A stretch of DNA of 34,712 bases from Halodesulfurarchaeum sp. (GCA_042216015.1 JBDGUI010000004.1:35393-70104), one strand, 5' to 3'. Positions 19,943-28,676 are shown, counted from the first letter of the stretch. Numbers and translations are program-made. Notes: generated by a model from the letters alone, not told the origin.

Positions 19943-19975
19943 CTGCCCGGGCGCCGATCGCAGCCGGCTGCCCCG

Positions 19976-20926
19976 CTATTGCAACCCGGCGGGCGCCTCG
20001 CCGGGCAACTCCTCACGGTCGTGGGGCGCCTCGAAGTCGAGGTCGGGCCCCCGGGCGACGATCCGCTTGGGGTTGATCTGGGGGTGGGTCCGGTAGTAGT
20101 GCTCCTTGATGTGGGCCAGGTTCACCGTCTCGGGGACGCCGGGGAGCTGGTAGCTATCGCGGGTGTGGCCCCACAGGGTGGGATAGTCCCGGAGCTGGCT
20201 CACGTTGCACTTGAAGTGGGTGTGATAGACCGAGTCGAAGCGGACGAGGGTGGCAAAGAGCCGCAGGTCGGCGAGGGTCAGCCGGTCGCCCACGAGGTAT
20301 CGCTGCTCGGCGAGTCGCTCCTCCCAGCGGTCGAGCGCCGCGAAGAGGTCCTCGACCGCCTCGTCGTAGGCCGCCTGGGAGTCCGCGAAGCCGGCCCGGT
20401 AGACGCCGTTGTTGACCCCCTCATAGAGGTCTGAGACGACCCGGTCGATCTCCTCGCGCCGATCCTCCGGGTAGAGATCGACTGGCCCATCGCGGCGGGC
20501 GTCGAAGGCCGTCGCGAGCATGCGCATGATCTCGATCGACTCGTTGTTGACGATCGTCTCGGTCTCGCGGTCCCAGAGGACCGGCACCGTCGGCCGCTTC
20601 GAGAACCGCGAATCTGCGAGCTGGTAGACCTCCGCGAGGTAGTCGGTGCCGTTGACCGTGTCGGGGGTGCACCCGTCCTTCTCGGGGGTGAACTGCCAGC
20701 CCCGATCCTCGCGATACGGGTCGAGGACGTCCATCGAGATGACGTCCTCGAGCCCCAGCAACTTCCGCACGAGCACGGCCCCGTGGGCCCACGGACAGGC
20801 CCGCGAGATGTAGAGGTGATAGCGATCCGGCTCCGGCCGGAAGGTGGCCTCGGGGTCGTCCCGAATTTTGTCCCGGAAGACCGCCTCCTGGCGCTCGAAT
20901 CGGCCGACCTCGTCGGACTCGAACAT
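19976..20926 (-). CDS. Xi-class glutathione transferase / glutathionyl-hydroquinone reductase (YqjG-like)
   Basis: Start ATG 20926. YHLYISRACPWAH, TVPVLWD, IVNNES, NNGVYRAGFA, RFDSVYHTHFKCN, HIKEHYY. Confidence 0.92.
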   Translation of the reverse strand: MFESDEVGRFERQEAVFRDKIRDDPEATFRPEPDRYHLYISRACPWAHGAVLVRKLLGLEDVISMDVLDPYREDRGWQFTPEKDGCTPDTVNGTDYLAEVYQLADSRFSKRPTVPVLWDRETETIVNNESIEIMRMLATAFDARRDGPVDLYPEDRREEIDRVVSDLYEGVNNGVYRAGFADSQAAYDEAVEDLFAALDRWEERLAEQRYLVGDRLTLADLRLFATLVRFDSVYHTHFKCNVSQLRDYPTLWGHTRDSYQLPGVPETVNLAHIKEHYYRTHPQINPKRIVARGPDLDFEAPHDREELPGEAPAGLQ

Positions 20927-21060
20927 ACCGAGATATCGGCGTGCTGTCGTAAATAGGCGGCGTCGGCGGCAGTTCCATGGCGGTTTCGGATCGTTTGAGG
21001 AATGACCCCCATCCATCCATTCGCCGATCCTGGGGTGGAGTACCCTTCCAACTCGATTGC

Positions 21061-21132
21061 CGGATGCCAGAGAATCACCGGATGTCAGGGAATCACTCGA
21101 TGCCAGAGAATCACCGGATGTCAGGGAATCAC
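21061..21132. repeat. Tandem repeat, 4 x 18 bp (ABAB, 2 x 36 bp)
   Basis: cggatgccagagaatcac / cggatgtcagggaatcac / tcgatgccagagaatcac / cggatgtcagggaatcac; the last unit contains the lipoprotein stop codon. Confidence 0.9.
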
Positions 21133-21764
21133 CCCGAAGTCGGGTGCTGGATGCCGGCGAACATCGTGTCGACCCCGGCCTGCTCGGCCGTCATGACGGA
21201 GGGATGGACCGCGACCCCGATGACGTAATCCTCCCCGTGGGCGACCCGAACGAGATGGACGGTGACGTCGACCTCCCGGTCGGCAACCCGGGTCGTGGCC
21301 TCGAAGACCGAGACGGTCGCGTCCTCGCCGAGGACGGTCACTGTGCGGTTGTCACGAAACGCCACGTTCGAGAGCCCCCTCTGGGCCGTCGAGATCGTCC
21401 CGAGGAGCTGGCGCGGGCTCAGCTTCCCCACCGGGTTCACGGCCTGCCCGGCCACGATCATCTGGGGAGTCGCGACCACGACCACCGTCCCGACGGCGCC
21501 GGTGCTTTCCACCGAGCGGTTCCGTTCGTAGGTGGCGATCCAGTTGGTCGCTTCGATGGTCCGTTCCTGGCCGAGGGCCTCGACCGTCCGGCTGATCGAC
21601 TGGTTCTCCACGCCGCGGAGGTCGTACCGGGCCTCCTGCAGTGTGTCATTCGAAACGGTCGCCGCGTTGGCGCTGAATTCGAGCGTCTCTCCGGTGAGGA
21701 GCGCACACCCGCTCAGCGAGACGAGTGCCACGAGTGCCACGACTGCCAGTGTGCGTCGGTCCAT
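21129..21764 (-). CDS. Putative Tat lipoprotein (DUF6517-like)
   Basis: MDRRTLAVVALVALVSLSGC has twin Arg plus a lipobox; ATPQMIVAGQAVNPVG; HGEDYVIGVAVHP. Confidence 0.75.
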   Translation of the reverse strand: MDRRTLAVVALVALVSLSGCALLTGETLEFSANAATVSNDTLQEARYDLRGVENQSISRTVEALGQERTIEATNWIATYERNRSVESTGAVGTVVVVATPQMIVAGQAVNPVGKLSPRQLLGTISTAQRGLSNVAFRDNRTVTVLGEDATVSVFEATTRVADREVDVTVHLVRVAHGEDYVIGVAVHPSVMTAEQAGVDTMFAGIQHPTSG

Positions 21765-21815
21765 ACCACCCATTGGGTGTCCCGGTATCTTAACCTTCGT
21801 CCGGCAGCGACCGGG

Positions 21816-22721
21816 TCAATCGGCGGGCGAATCGGCCTCCTCGACCGGCTGCTCCCCGTCCGGCAGCGTCTCGCCCAGCCGGTCGAGCACCCGTCGGCCC
21901 TGCACCTCGTCGCCCAGGGCCCGGACCAGCGCGAGGGCCCGCCGGGTTCGGGTCCGGCGCCAGGAGGCCTCGCGGGCCTCGTAGGTCCGGATCGCCCGGA
22001 GGAAGTCGACCTTCGAGAACTCGGGCCAGTAGGGCGTACAGAAGAAGGCCGCGGCCTCGTTCCCGTTCGCATACCAGGGGAGGAAGTTGCTCGTCCGCTC
22101 GTCCCCTCCGGTCCGGACGATGAGGTCGACCTCCCGCATCGATCCGTGGTAGAGCCGGGATTCGACGGTGTCCACGTCGACCGTCGCGGGGTCGAGTTCG
22201 CCGGTGGCGACGTCGCGGGCCACCTCCCGGGTCACGTCGAGCAGGGCGGCCCGGCCGCCGTAGGCGATCGCGACATTGAGCGTCAAAGCGTCGTACTCGG
22301 CGGTCTGGCGCTGGGCGAAATCGATGGCCTCCTGCACCCGCTGGGGCATCCGGTGGGTCTGGCCGAGCACCCGGATGTGCACCTCCTCCTCGTGGACCCG
22401 GTCGCTGTCCGCGAACTCGGAGAGCTTCTCGGCGAGCAGGTCATAGAGGTGTTCTCGCTCCGCGGGGGGTCGGTCGAAGTTCTCCGTGGAGAAGGCATAG
22501 ATCGTCAGCTCCTCGATTCCCAGCTCGGCACACCACTCGAGGACGCGCTCGGTGGTCTTCGCGCCGGCCTCGTGACCCTCCTTCGGCGCGTCCCCCTGCT
22601 CGCGGGCGTAGCGACGGTTCCCGTCCTGGATGATCGCCACGTGGGTGGGCGCCCCCGAGATCTCCCGGCGGAGCAGTCCCTTGTAGATGGCCCGGAAGCT
22701 GCGGGTGACCCACTCTCGCAT
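21816..22721 (-). CDS. uppS: cis-prenyltransferase catalytic subunit (polyprenyl diphosphate synthase)
   Basis: Start ATG 22721. PTHVAIIQDGNRRYA, YAFSTENF, YGGR, DLIVRTGGDERTSNFLPW. Confidence 0.93.
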   Translation of the reverse strand: MREWVTRSFRAIYKGLLRREISGAPTHVAIIQDGNRRYAREQGDAPKEGHEAGAKTTERVLEWCAELGIEELTIYAFSTENFDRPPAEREHLYDLLAEKLSEFADSDRVHEEEVHIRVLGQTHRMPQRVQEAIDFAQRQTAEYDALTLNVAIAYGGRAALLDVTREVARDVATGELDPATVDVDTVESRLYHGSMREVDLIVRTGGDERTSNFLPWYANGNEAAAFFCTPYWPEFSKVDFLRAIRTYEAREASWRRTRTRRALALVRALGDEVQGRRVLDRLGETLPDGEQPVEEADSPAD

Positions 22722-22885
22722 CGTCTGAATCCACTCTCCCGGCGTCCATGAGTTTTCCGCTCGAAGCCCGGTCTCAGTCGGCGTTGGGCTCGGGATCGAA
22801 GCGGTCGGGAAATCCCCGGGGAAGGGAATCGATTCGTCGTCCGGGAGACCGGAGCGGCTAAACGGTCCCTCGCCCAACCCCTCCC

Positions 22886-23302
22886 ATGGCCGAGACAGCC
22901 GACACGGAACTCTACCAGCAGGCGGTCTCGCTTCTGGGCCCGGGCGAGGCCGAACTCGCCGGAATCGTCGTTCACACGGACTTCGACCGGACCGAGGAGG
23001 CAGCGATGAACGAGTTGATGCTCTCGATCGGCGAGCGAATCGCCGACCAGCTTCAGGAGGGCGAGATGTACGTCTACGCGGGCGAAGACGACGACCGCTT
23101 CGGGGCCGGCCAGTTCCACGGTCGCCGGCTGGACGACGATGGGATCATCTGGGAGTGCCAGCAACTCCTCCGCGAGCACACCTTCGACCTCGTCTTCTAC
23201 TGGGAACGGCGGGGCGAACAGGGCGCCATCGTCTCCGCGGTGAACGAACTCGTCGACGCGGTCGTCCCGATCACCGAGGACGGGTTCGTCCTCCCGGAGT
23301 GA
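22886..23302 (+). CDS. Conserved haloarchaeal hypothetical protein (DUF5778-like)
   Basis: 138 aa acidic ORF with YVYAGEDD..F...QFHG and WECQQLLREHTFDLVFYWE. Confidence 0.75.
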   Translation: MAETADTELYQQAVSLLGPGEAELAGIVVHTDFDRTEEAAMNELMLSIGERIADQLQEGEMYVYAGEDDDRFGAGQFHGRRLDDDGIIWECQQLLREHTFDLVFYWERRGEQGAIVSAVNELVDAVVPITEDGFVLPE

Positions 23303-23369
23303 GAGCGCAAAACCGGTCGGCCACGCCGGAACGAAAGCCCGTTTCATCCGCCGGCTCGAGACGACAGGT

Positions 23370-23642
23370 ATGGGAGAGACACTCGCGCCCGAAACGATCC
23401 GAAACCGACTCCCGGCAGGGTGGACCTATGAGGACGGACGGGTCCGTCGGACATTCGAGTTCGACTCGTATCTCGCCGGGGTGGACTTCGCGAGGAGGGT
23501 CGCCGAACTCGCCGAGGAGGCCGTCCATCACCCTCGAATCGTGATCGAGTTCCGCGCCGTCACCGTCGCGTTCACCAGCCACGAGGCCGGGGGCGTCACC
23601 GAGCAGGACCTCGAACTCGTCGAACGGGTCGAGCAGCTCTGA
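23370..23642 (+). CDS. Pterin-4a-carbinolamine dehydratase
   Basis: 90 aa; RTFEF, AEEAVHHPRI, TSHEAGGVTEQD. Confidence 0.9.
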   Translation: MGETLAPETIRNRLPAGWTYEDGRVRRTFEFDSYLAGVDFARRVAELAEEAVHHPRIVIEFRAVTVAFTSHEAGGVTEQDLELVERVEQL

Positions 23643-23767
23643 ACCCCCACCGCGACACCCATACGCCCGTGGTGATGGGAGCGGTCTCTCTCCTCGACTG
23701 ACGGGCCATCGATTCACCCGTCGCGCAACGCAAAGCACTTATCCGCCCGCTGACAACTGTGGCTCGA

Positions 23768-24418
23768 ATGCAGCCCGAGGCCTACGATTTCTGGGTGCTC
23801 GACCTCGACGGCACGCTGGTCGACACCGAGTGGGCCTACACGCGGGAGGTCTTCGACGCGGTCGGCGAGCGAATGGGGTATCACTTCACCGACCGCGAGG
23901 CCCGCTCGCTCTGGCACGGGCTCGTCGGCTCGCGCGACGCCTATCTCGAGCGACTCGGCTTCGAACCGGTCACGTTCTGGGAGACCTTCCACGCCGTCGA
24001 GGACCCGATGGAGCGGGCGGCGGCCACCTACCTCCACGACGACGCGGCGTTCGTCGCGGACCTGGACGTGCCGGTGGGCATCGTCACGCACTCCCAGCCG
24101 TTCCTCGCCGAGCCGGTGCTCGAGAGCCTCGACATCGCGGACTGGTTCGACACGGTCGTCACCTGCTCTGCGGAACTCGGCTGGAAGCCGGACCCGACCC
24201 CGGTCGAGGCGGCGATGGACGACCTCGGCGTCTCCCCCGACACCTCGACGGGGGTGATGGCTGGCGACGCGGACACGGACGTCGGCGCGGCCTGGAACGC
24301 GGGACTCGACGCCGTCCACGTCGAGCGCCACGGAGCCACAGAGCGCGGGAAGTGCGTGCTGGGCGATTATCGGGTCTCGAGCTTTACCGACCTGTGGACC
24401 CAGTCGGCCTCGGATTGA
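23768..24418 (+). CDS. HAD-superfamily hydrolase
   Basis: DLDGTLVD, IVTH, WKPDP, GDADTDVGAAWNAG. Confidence 0.9.
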   Translation: MQPEAYDFWVLDLDGTLVDTEWAYTREVFDAVGERMGYHFTDREARSLWHGLVGSRDAYLERLGFEPVTFWETFHAVEDPMERAAATYLHDDAAFVADLDVPVGIVTHSQPFLAEPVLESLDIADWFDTVVTCSAELGWKPDPTPVEAAMDDLGVSPDTSTGVMAGDADTDVGAAWNAGLDAVHVERHGATERGKCVLGDYRVSSFTDLWTQSASD

Positions 24419-24454
24419 TTCCGCGCGGAACCATCGAGTACCCCCGCTCGCCAG

Positions 24455-24748
24455 TCAAACGCCGTATCGGTCGTGGACGTCCTCGATCGGAACGATCTCG
24501 AGCACACCGACCTCCCCTTCGTCCTCCAACACCGTGTAAAAGGCGGTGAAACTCCGCGAAATGTGGAGTCGGTACCGATCGCGGCGACCGGCTATTGGGC
24601 GCTTTTCTCTGTCCCCTCGACCGCGTCCAGGGTACGGGTTTTCCGCCAAATGGCCCAGTTTCTCTCTGCAGATCCGCGTCGTTTTCTCGTCGGCGACCGG
24701 CAGAAACTCCGCCGGGTCCGGACCGAGCAGTACGTCGTATTCAGGCAT
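24455..24748 (-). CDS. RelE/ParE-family toxin
   Basis: 97 aa; basic core, LAENPYP, YRLHISRSFTAFY; overlaps the upstream small acidic ORF. Confidence 0.75.
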   Translation of the reverse strand: MPEYDVLLGPDPAEFLPVADEKTTRICREKLGHLAENPYPGRGRGDREKRPIAGRRDRYRLHISRSFTAFYTVLEDEGEVGVLEIVPIEDVHDRYGV

Positions 24749-24935
24749 CTTCGAGATGCGTCAACTCGTCGCTGTCCGCGGCTTCGAGGTCCTGAAATCG
24801 CGCTTCCAGGTTCGTTCGTCGCTGTCGCGTGACCATCTCCTCGAGCAAGTCATCGTAGGTCTGTCGAGGGTCTTTCAACTCGTGGAGTTCCCTTCTGGTT
24901 TCATCGGTCACCGGGATGCGTTTGTCGGCGGACAT
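24741..24935 (-). CDS. Putative antitoxin (RHH-like)
   Basis: 64 aa, KRIPVTDETRRELHELK...TYDDLL with an acidic tail; 8-bp overlap with the toxin. Confidence 0.7.
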   Translation of the reverse strand: MSADKRIPVTDETRRELHELKDPRQTYDDLLEEMVTRQRRTNLEARFQDLEAADSDELTHLEDA

Positions 24936-24990
24936 TCGCTACCAGGACGTAAAGCACTGACAGCCGTCACAGTTTCCCATCACGATTACC

Positions 24991-25010
24991 CCGCAGCACC
25001 GATGCTGCGG
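24991..25010. other. 8-bp perfect hairpin between moeA and the TA pair
   Basis: ccgcagca-ccga-tgctgcgg, 11 bp after the moeA stop; function unknown. Confidence 0.4.
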
Positions 25011-25021
25011 CCTCGACCGGG

Positions 25022-26242
25022 TCAGCACGATCCCTCGCCCCACCGTTCCACCGTGATTATTTCGGTCGATGGGATTTCGGTTCGTGCCTCCTCGACCTGC
25101 ACCCAGCCGTCGATCTCTCCGAGGGAGGGAAGCCCGCCTCGCGGAGCGACTCGGGCGGTTGGGCTCTCGCCCGTCTTCGTCGGTTCCTCGAGGCTGAGGC
25201 CGTGAACCGTCCGGTGACCCTGCTCGCTTTCGAGACCGTCGGGGAGCGTGGCTCGGACGGTGGGTGGATCGACGACGGCTGTCCCGGCCGCCCCGCCGAG
25301 CGCCGGTCGAACGAGCACCCAGGCGACGACCATGGCGGCGATCGGCGTCCCGGGGAGCATCGCGATGGGGGTTCCAGAGACGACGCCGATGCCCGCGCTG
25401 TGGCCGGGTCGAAGCGCCAGTCCGTCGACCACTACCTCGCCCCGATCCGCCACGACCGCCGGCAGGAGGTCCCGTGAACCCACCGAGGATCCGCCGGTCG
25501 TGACGATGAGGTCCGCGTCCAGCTCCCGATCGATCGCCGCTCCAAGAGCGTCCTCCTCGTCCGTCACGACGTCGCGGTACCTGGCGTGCCCACACCAGTG
25601 TTCGACGAGCATTGAGCCGACGAGCCCGTTCGTCTCCACGACCTCCCCCGGCCCCGGATCCGACCCGACGAGTTCCTCGCCCGTCGGAACGACCGCGACC
25701 TCTGGCGGTTCGACCACCGGAACCGCCCGGATGCCGGCCACTCGCAGCGCCCCCAGATCACCCGGTCGAAGGCGGTGAGCCGCTTCGTACAGTTGGGCCC
25801 CGACCTCGAAGTCCGCCCCGATCGGGGTCACGTGGGTTCCCGAGGCGACCGGCTCGGTAACCGTGATCCCCTCGCCGGTCTCCTCGACCGATTCGACCAT
25901 CACGACGGCGTCTGCCCCCTCGGGAACCGCCGAGCCCGTGTGAACCCACGTCGCTTCACCGTCCCCGACAGGTCCGTCCGTCGTTTCGAGGAACGTCGGC
26001 TCCGCCGCGGTGGCTCCCGCCGTGTCCCGGGCCCGGATCGCGTAGCCGTCACGATTCGACCGCCGGTAGTGGGGCTGTGGCCGTTCGACCTCGATGGGCT
26101 CGGCGAGCACCCGGCCCGTTGCTTCCCGGACTGCAACCGTTTCGGTTCGGTCGATCCGGCCGATTTTCCTCCCGAGTTCGGCGATTGCGTCCTCGACGGT
26201 CGTCGATCCCCCGTCCGGGACGAACCCACTGGGCCGGTTCAT
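25022..26242 (-). CDS. moeA: Molybdopterin molybdotransferase MoeA
   Basis: Start ATG 26242. GRVLAE, DGYA, TGSAVPEGADAVVMVE, PTGEEL, TTGGSSVG, LPGTP. Confidence 0.88.
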   Translation of the reverse strand: MNRPSGFVPDGGSTTVEDAIAELGRKIGRIDRTETVAVREATGRVLAEPIEVERPQPHYRRSNRDGYAIRARDTAGATAAEPTFLETTDGPVGDGEATWVHTGSAVPEGADAVVMVESVEETGEGITVTEPVASGTHVTPIGADFEVGAQLYEAAHRLRPGDLGALRVAGIRAVPVVEPPEVAVVPTGEELVGSDPGPGEVVETNGLVGSMLVEHWCGHARYRDVVTDEEDALGAAIDRELDADLIVTTGGSSVGSRDLLPAVVADRGEVVVDGLALRPGHSAGIGVVSGTPIAMLPGTPIAAMVVAWVLVRPALGGAAGTAVVDPPTVRATLPDGLESEQGHRTVHGLSLEEPTKTGESPTARVAPRGGLPSLGEIDGWVQVEEARTEIPSTEIITVERWGEGSC

Positions 26243-26385
26243 GGGCACGCATACGTGATGTTCCGCCAAAACAGGCGGGGTAGGTGGTTCCGTGGGAAAG
26301 GGGGGGGGGAGTTGGGCCGGGTACGACGGGGATCGGTGGTGAGGAGTACCCCGACGTTTTTGCACTCGAGTCCGTCTCCAGAGTC

Positions 26386-27375
26386 ATGACCGACGTCCTG
26401 TTCCTGACGAGCGAGGAAGTCTCGGGGCTCGCCGAGCCGGCGGCGTTCGTCGAGGCCGTCCGTGACGCGTATCGCCAGCGGGGTGAGGGCGCCCCGGCGA
26501 AACCTCGCACCGCTCTCGAGAGCGAGTCGCCAGCGGGACTGTTCACGACCTATGCAGCCGTGCTCCCGGACACGGGGGTTATGGGCGGCTACATGTACAG
26601 CGCCGGGTTCGGGGCCGGTGACGCGTGGTTCGTCACGCCGCTTTTCGACGCCGACTCGGGCGAACTGCTTTCGATCGTCGACGGGGCGAGCATGAACCCA
26701 CACAAGACCGGGGCCACCGGGGCCGTCGGTGTCGACACATTGGCTCGCGAGGACGCAAGCGAACTCGCGATCATCGGCAGTGGCACCCAGGCCCGGGGGC
26801 AACTCCGGGCGACGGCGACGGTGCGGAACCTCGATGCGGTCCGGGTCTTCTCGCCGACCCGGGAAAACCGCGAGACGTTCGCCGAGGAAATGACCGCCGA
26901 ACTGGATCTCTCGATCACGCCCGTCGAGAGCGCCGAGACCGCGATCGAGGGGGCCGATATCGTCATCACGGCCACGAAAGCCAGCGAGCCAGTCTTCGAC
27001 GGCTCGCTCCTCGAACCTGGGACCCACGTCACCGCGATGGGCCAGTACGATCCCGATCGCTTCGAACTCGACGCGACGACCGTCGAGCGCTCCGTGTACG
27101 TGCCCGATCTGGTTGCCCGAACCGATCAGGACGCCGGTGCCTATCTCAACGCCGTCGAAACGGGCGCCATCGATGCTGATCATGCCCACGCGGAACTCGG
27201 GGAGGTGATCGCTGACGTGGCACCCGGTCGAACGGATCCCGAGCAGATCACCGTCTTCGACAGCGGGGGCACCGGCATCGAGACCGCAGCAGCCGGGTAC
27301 CTCCTCTACGAGCGGGCCAGCGAGGCCGGGCTGGGTACCACGATCGAGTTTTCCCCGGCGAGCGAGGCGTTTTGA
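26386..27375 (+). CDS. Ornithine cyclodeaminase / mu-crystallin family protein
   Basis: Start ATG 26386. KTGATGAVG, IIGSGTQA, GADIVITAT, GTHVTAMG, FDSGGTGIET. Confidence 0.9.
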   Translation: MTDVLFLTSEEVSGLAEPAAFVEAVRDAYRQRGEGAPAKPRTALESESPAGLFTTYAAVLPDTGVMGGYMYSAGFGAGDAWFVTPLFDADSGELLSIVDGASMNPHKTGATGAVGVDTLAREDASELAIIGSGTQARGQLRATATVRNLDAVRVFSPTRENRETFAEEMTAELDLSITPVESAETAIEGADIVITATKASEPVFDGSLLEPGTHVTAMGQYDPDRFELDATTVERSVYVPDLVARTDQDAGAYLNAVETGAIDADHAHAELGEVIADVAPGRTDPEQITVFDSGGTGIETAAAGYLLYERASEAGLGTTIEFSPASEAF

Positions 27376-27484
27376 CGGCGGTGGCCTGCGCCCTCGGGAG
27401 GGATCGGGATCACCGCAACCCTCGTTTCTCCGCCAATCCGACCCGATTCGAGGGGCACTACGTTCCTCGGCCCGACAGCGGGGT

Positions 27485-28569
27485 ATGGACGTTCCGCCGT
27501 TCGAACTCGAGCGCTGGTTCGCGGAGTACGAGTTCGACGCCGACATCATGCTCGCGGAATCGGGGATCAGGAGCCTGTCGGCCGACCGCTTCGACCTCGA
27601 CCCTGGCCGTCTCGGATACGTCATCCCGACGAACGGCGATTCCGAACTGCGCGCAGCGATCGGGTCCCGATACGGTCGAAGCCGGGATGAGGTGCTGCTC
27701 ACCGTCGGCACGCAGGAGGCGAATTACACGCTCCACCGCTCGCTCCTCGATCGCGGTGATCACGCAGTCGTGATCACGCCGACCTACCAGGCGCTCCGAA
27801 CCGTCCCCGAAACGATCGCCTCGGTGACCACCGTCTCACTCCAGCCTCCGGACTGGATCCTCAACCTCGACGCCGTTCGCGAGGCGATCCGCCCCGAGAC
27901 GAAACTCATCGTTCTCAACAATCCCAACAACCCGACCGGCCGGTATCATGACCCGGAGACGATCGAGGCGCTCTACGACCTCGCGGCGGACAACGACGCC
28001 TCCCTCCACGCGGACGAGGTCTACCGCCTCCTCTCCCCGGATCCGGACCCGCGGTTGCCTCACTCGGCGAGCGGGGCATCAGCACGGCCGGGCTCACCAA
28101 GGCCTACGGGCTCGCTGGCCTCCGATTCGGCTGGCTCGTGGGTGCCGAGGAGATCGTCGAGGGGGCGTGGCAGTGGAAGGACTACACCACGATCTCGCCC
28201 TCGAAGATCGGCCAGCACATCGCCAAACAGGCCCTCGGCGAGCAGGAGGCCGACATCCTCGCTGCGAACCGGGAACTCGCCGACCGGAATCGAGCCATCG
28301 TCCGGGACTTTCTCGCAGAACGGGACCTCGACTGGTCCGACCCGGTCGGAGTCAACGGGTTCGTCGAGGTTCCGCCGGGATTCGACGGTTCGGAGGCGTT
28401 TTGCCGCGAATTCGTGGAGCAGGAGTCGGTGGTGCTGGCACCCGGCGCGGCCTTTGGCTTCGAGGACTACTTCCGGATCGGCTTCGGGCTCCCGACCGCC
28501 GAGTTGGCGGAGGGACTCGACCGATTGGACTCGTTTTTGGCCCGAGCCGACACCCCGACCCCCGACTGA
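27485..28569 (+). pseudogene. PLP-dependent aminotransferase class I/II with a 1-bp frameshift near 28048-28050 (pseudogene or sequencing error)
   Basis: First frame gives FELERWF, NNPNNPTG and DEVY. The second frame continues AVASLGERGISTAGLTKAYGLAGLRFGW...APGAAF...FRIGFG to TGA 28569. Confidence 0.85.
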
Positions 28570-28676
28570 ACCGATACCTCGATTCCGGACAGAGCCCACA
28601 CTTCATCCCCGACTGAACCGATACCTCGTCATCGGATTGAACTGCCATCCCGTCTCCGGACCGAGCCGACCCCTCC
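28540..28676. repeat. Degenerate 23-24 bp tandem array containing an exact 22-bp duplication at 47-bp period
   Basis: ccccgactgaaccgatacctcg at 28560-28581 and 28607-28628; spans the aminotransferase stop. Confidence 0.7.

Noticed and set aside
18777..19975. Replication origin next to orc1/cdc6
   Set aside because: Flanking intergenic regions are only 65 and 90 bp, with no ORB/G-string pair and no AT-rich unwinding element
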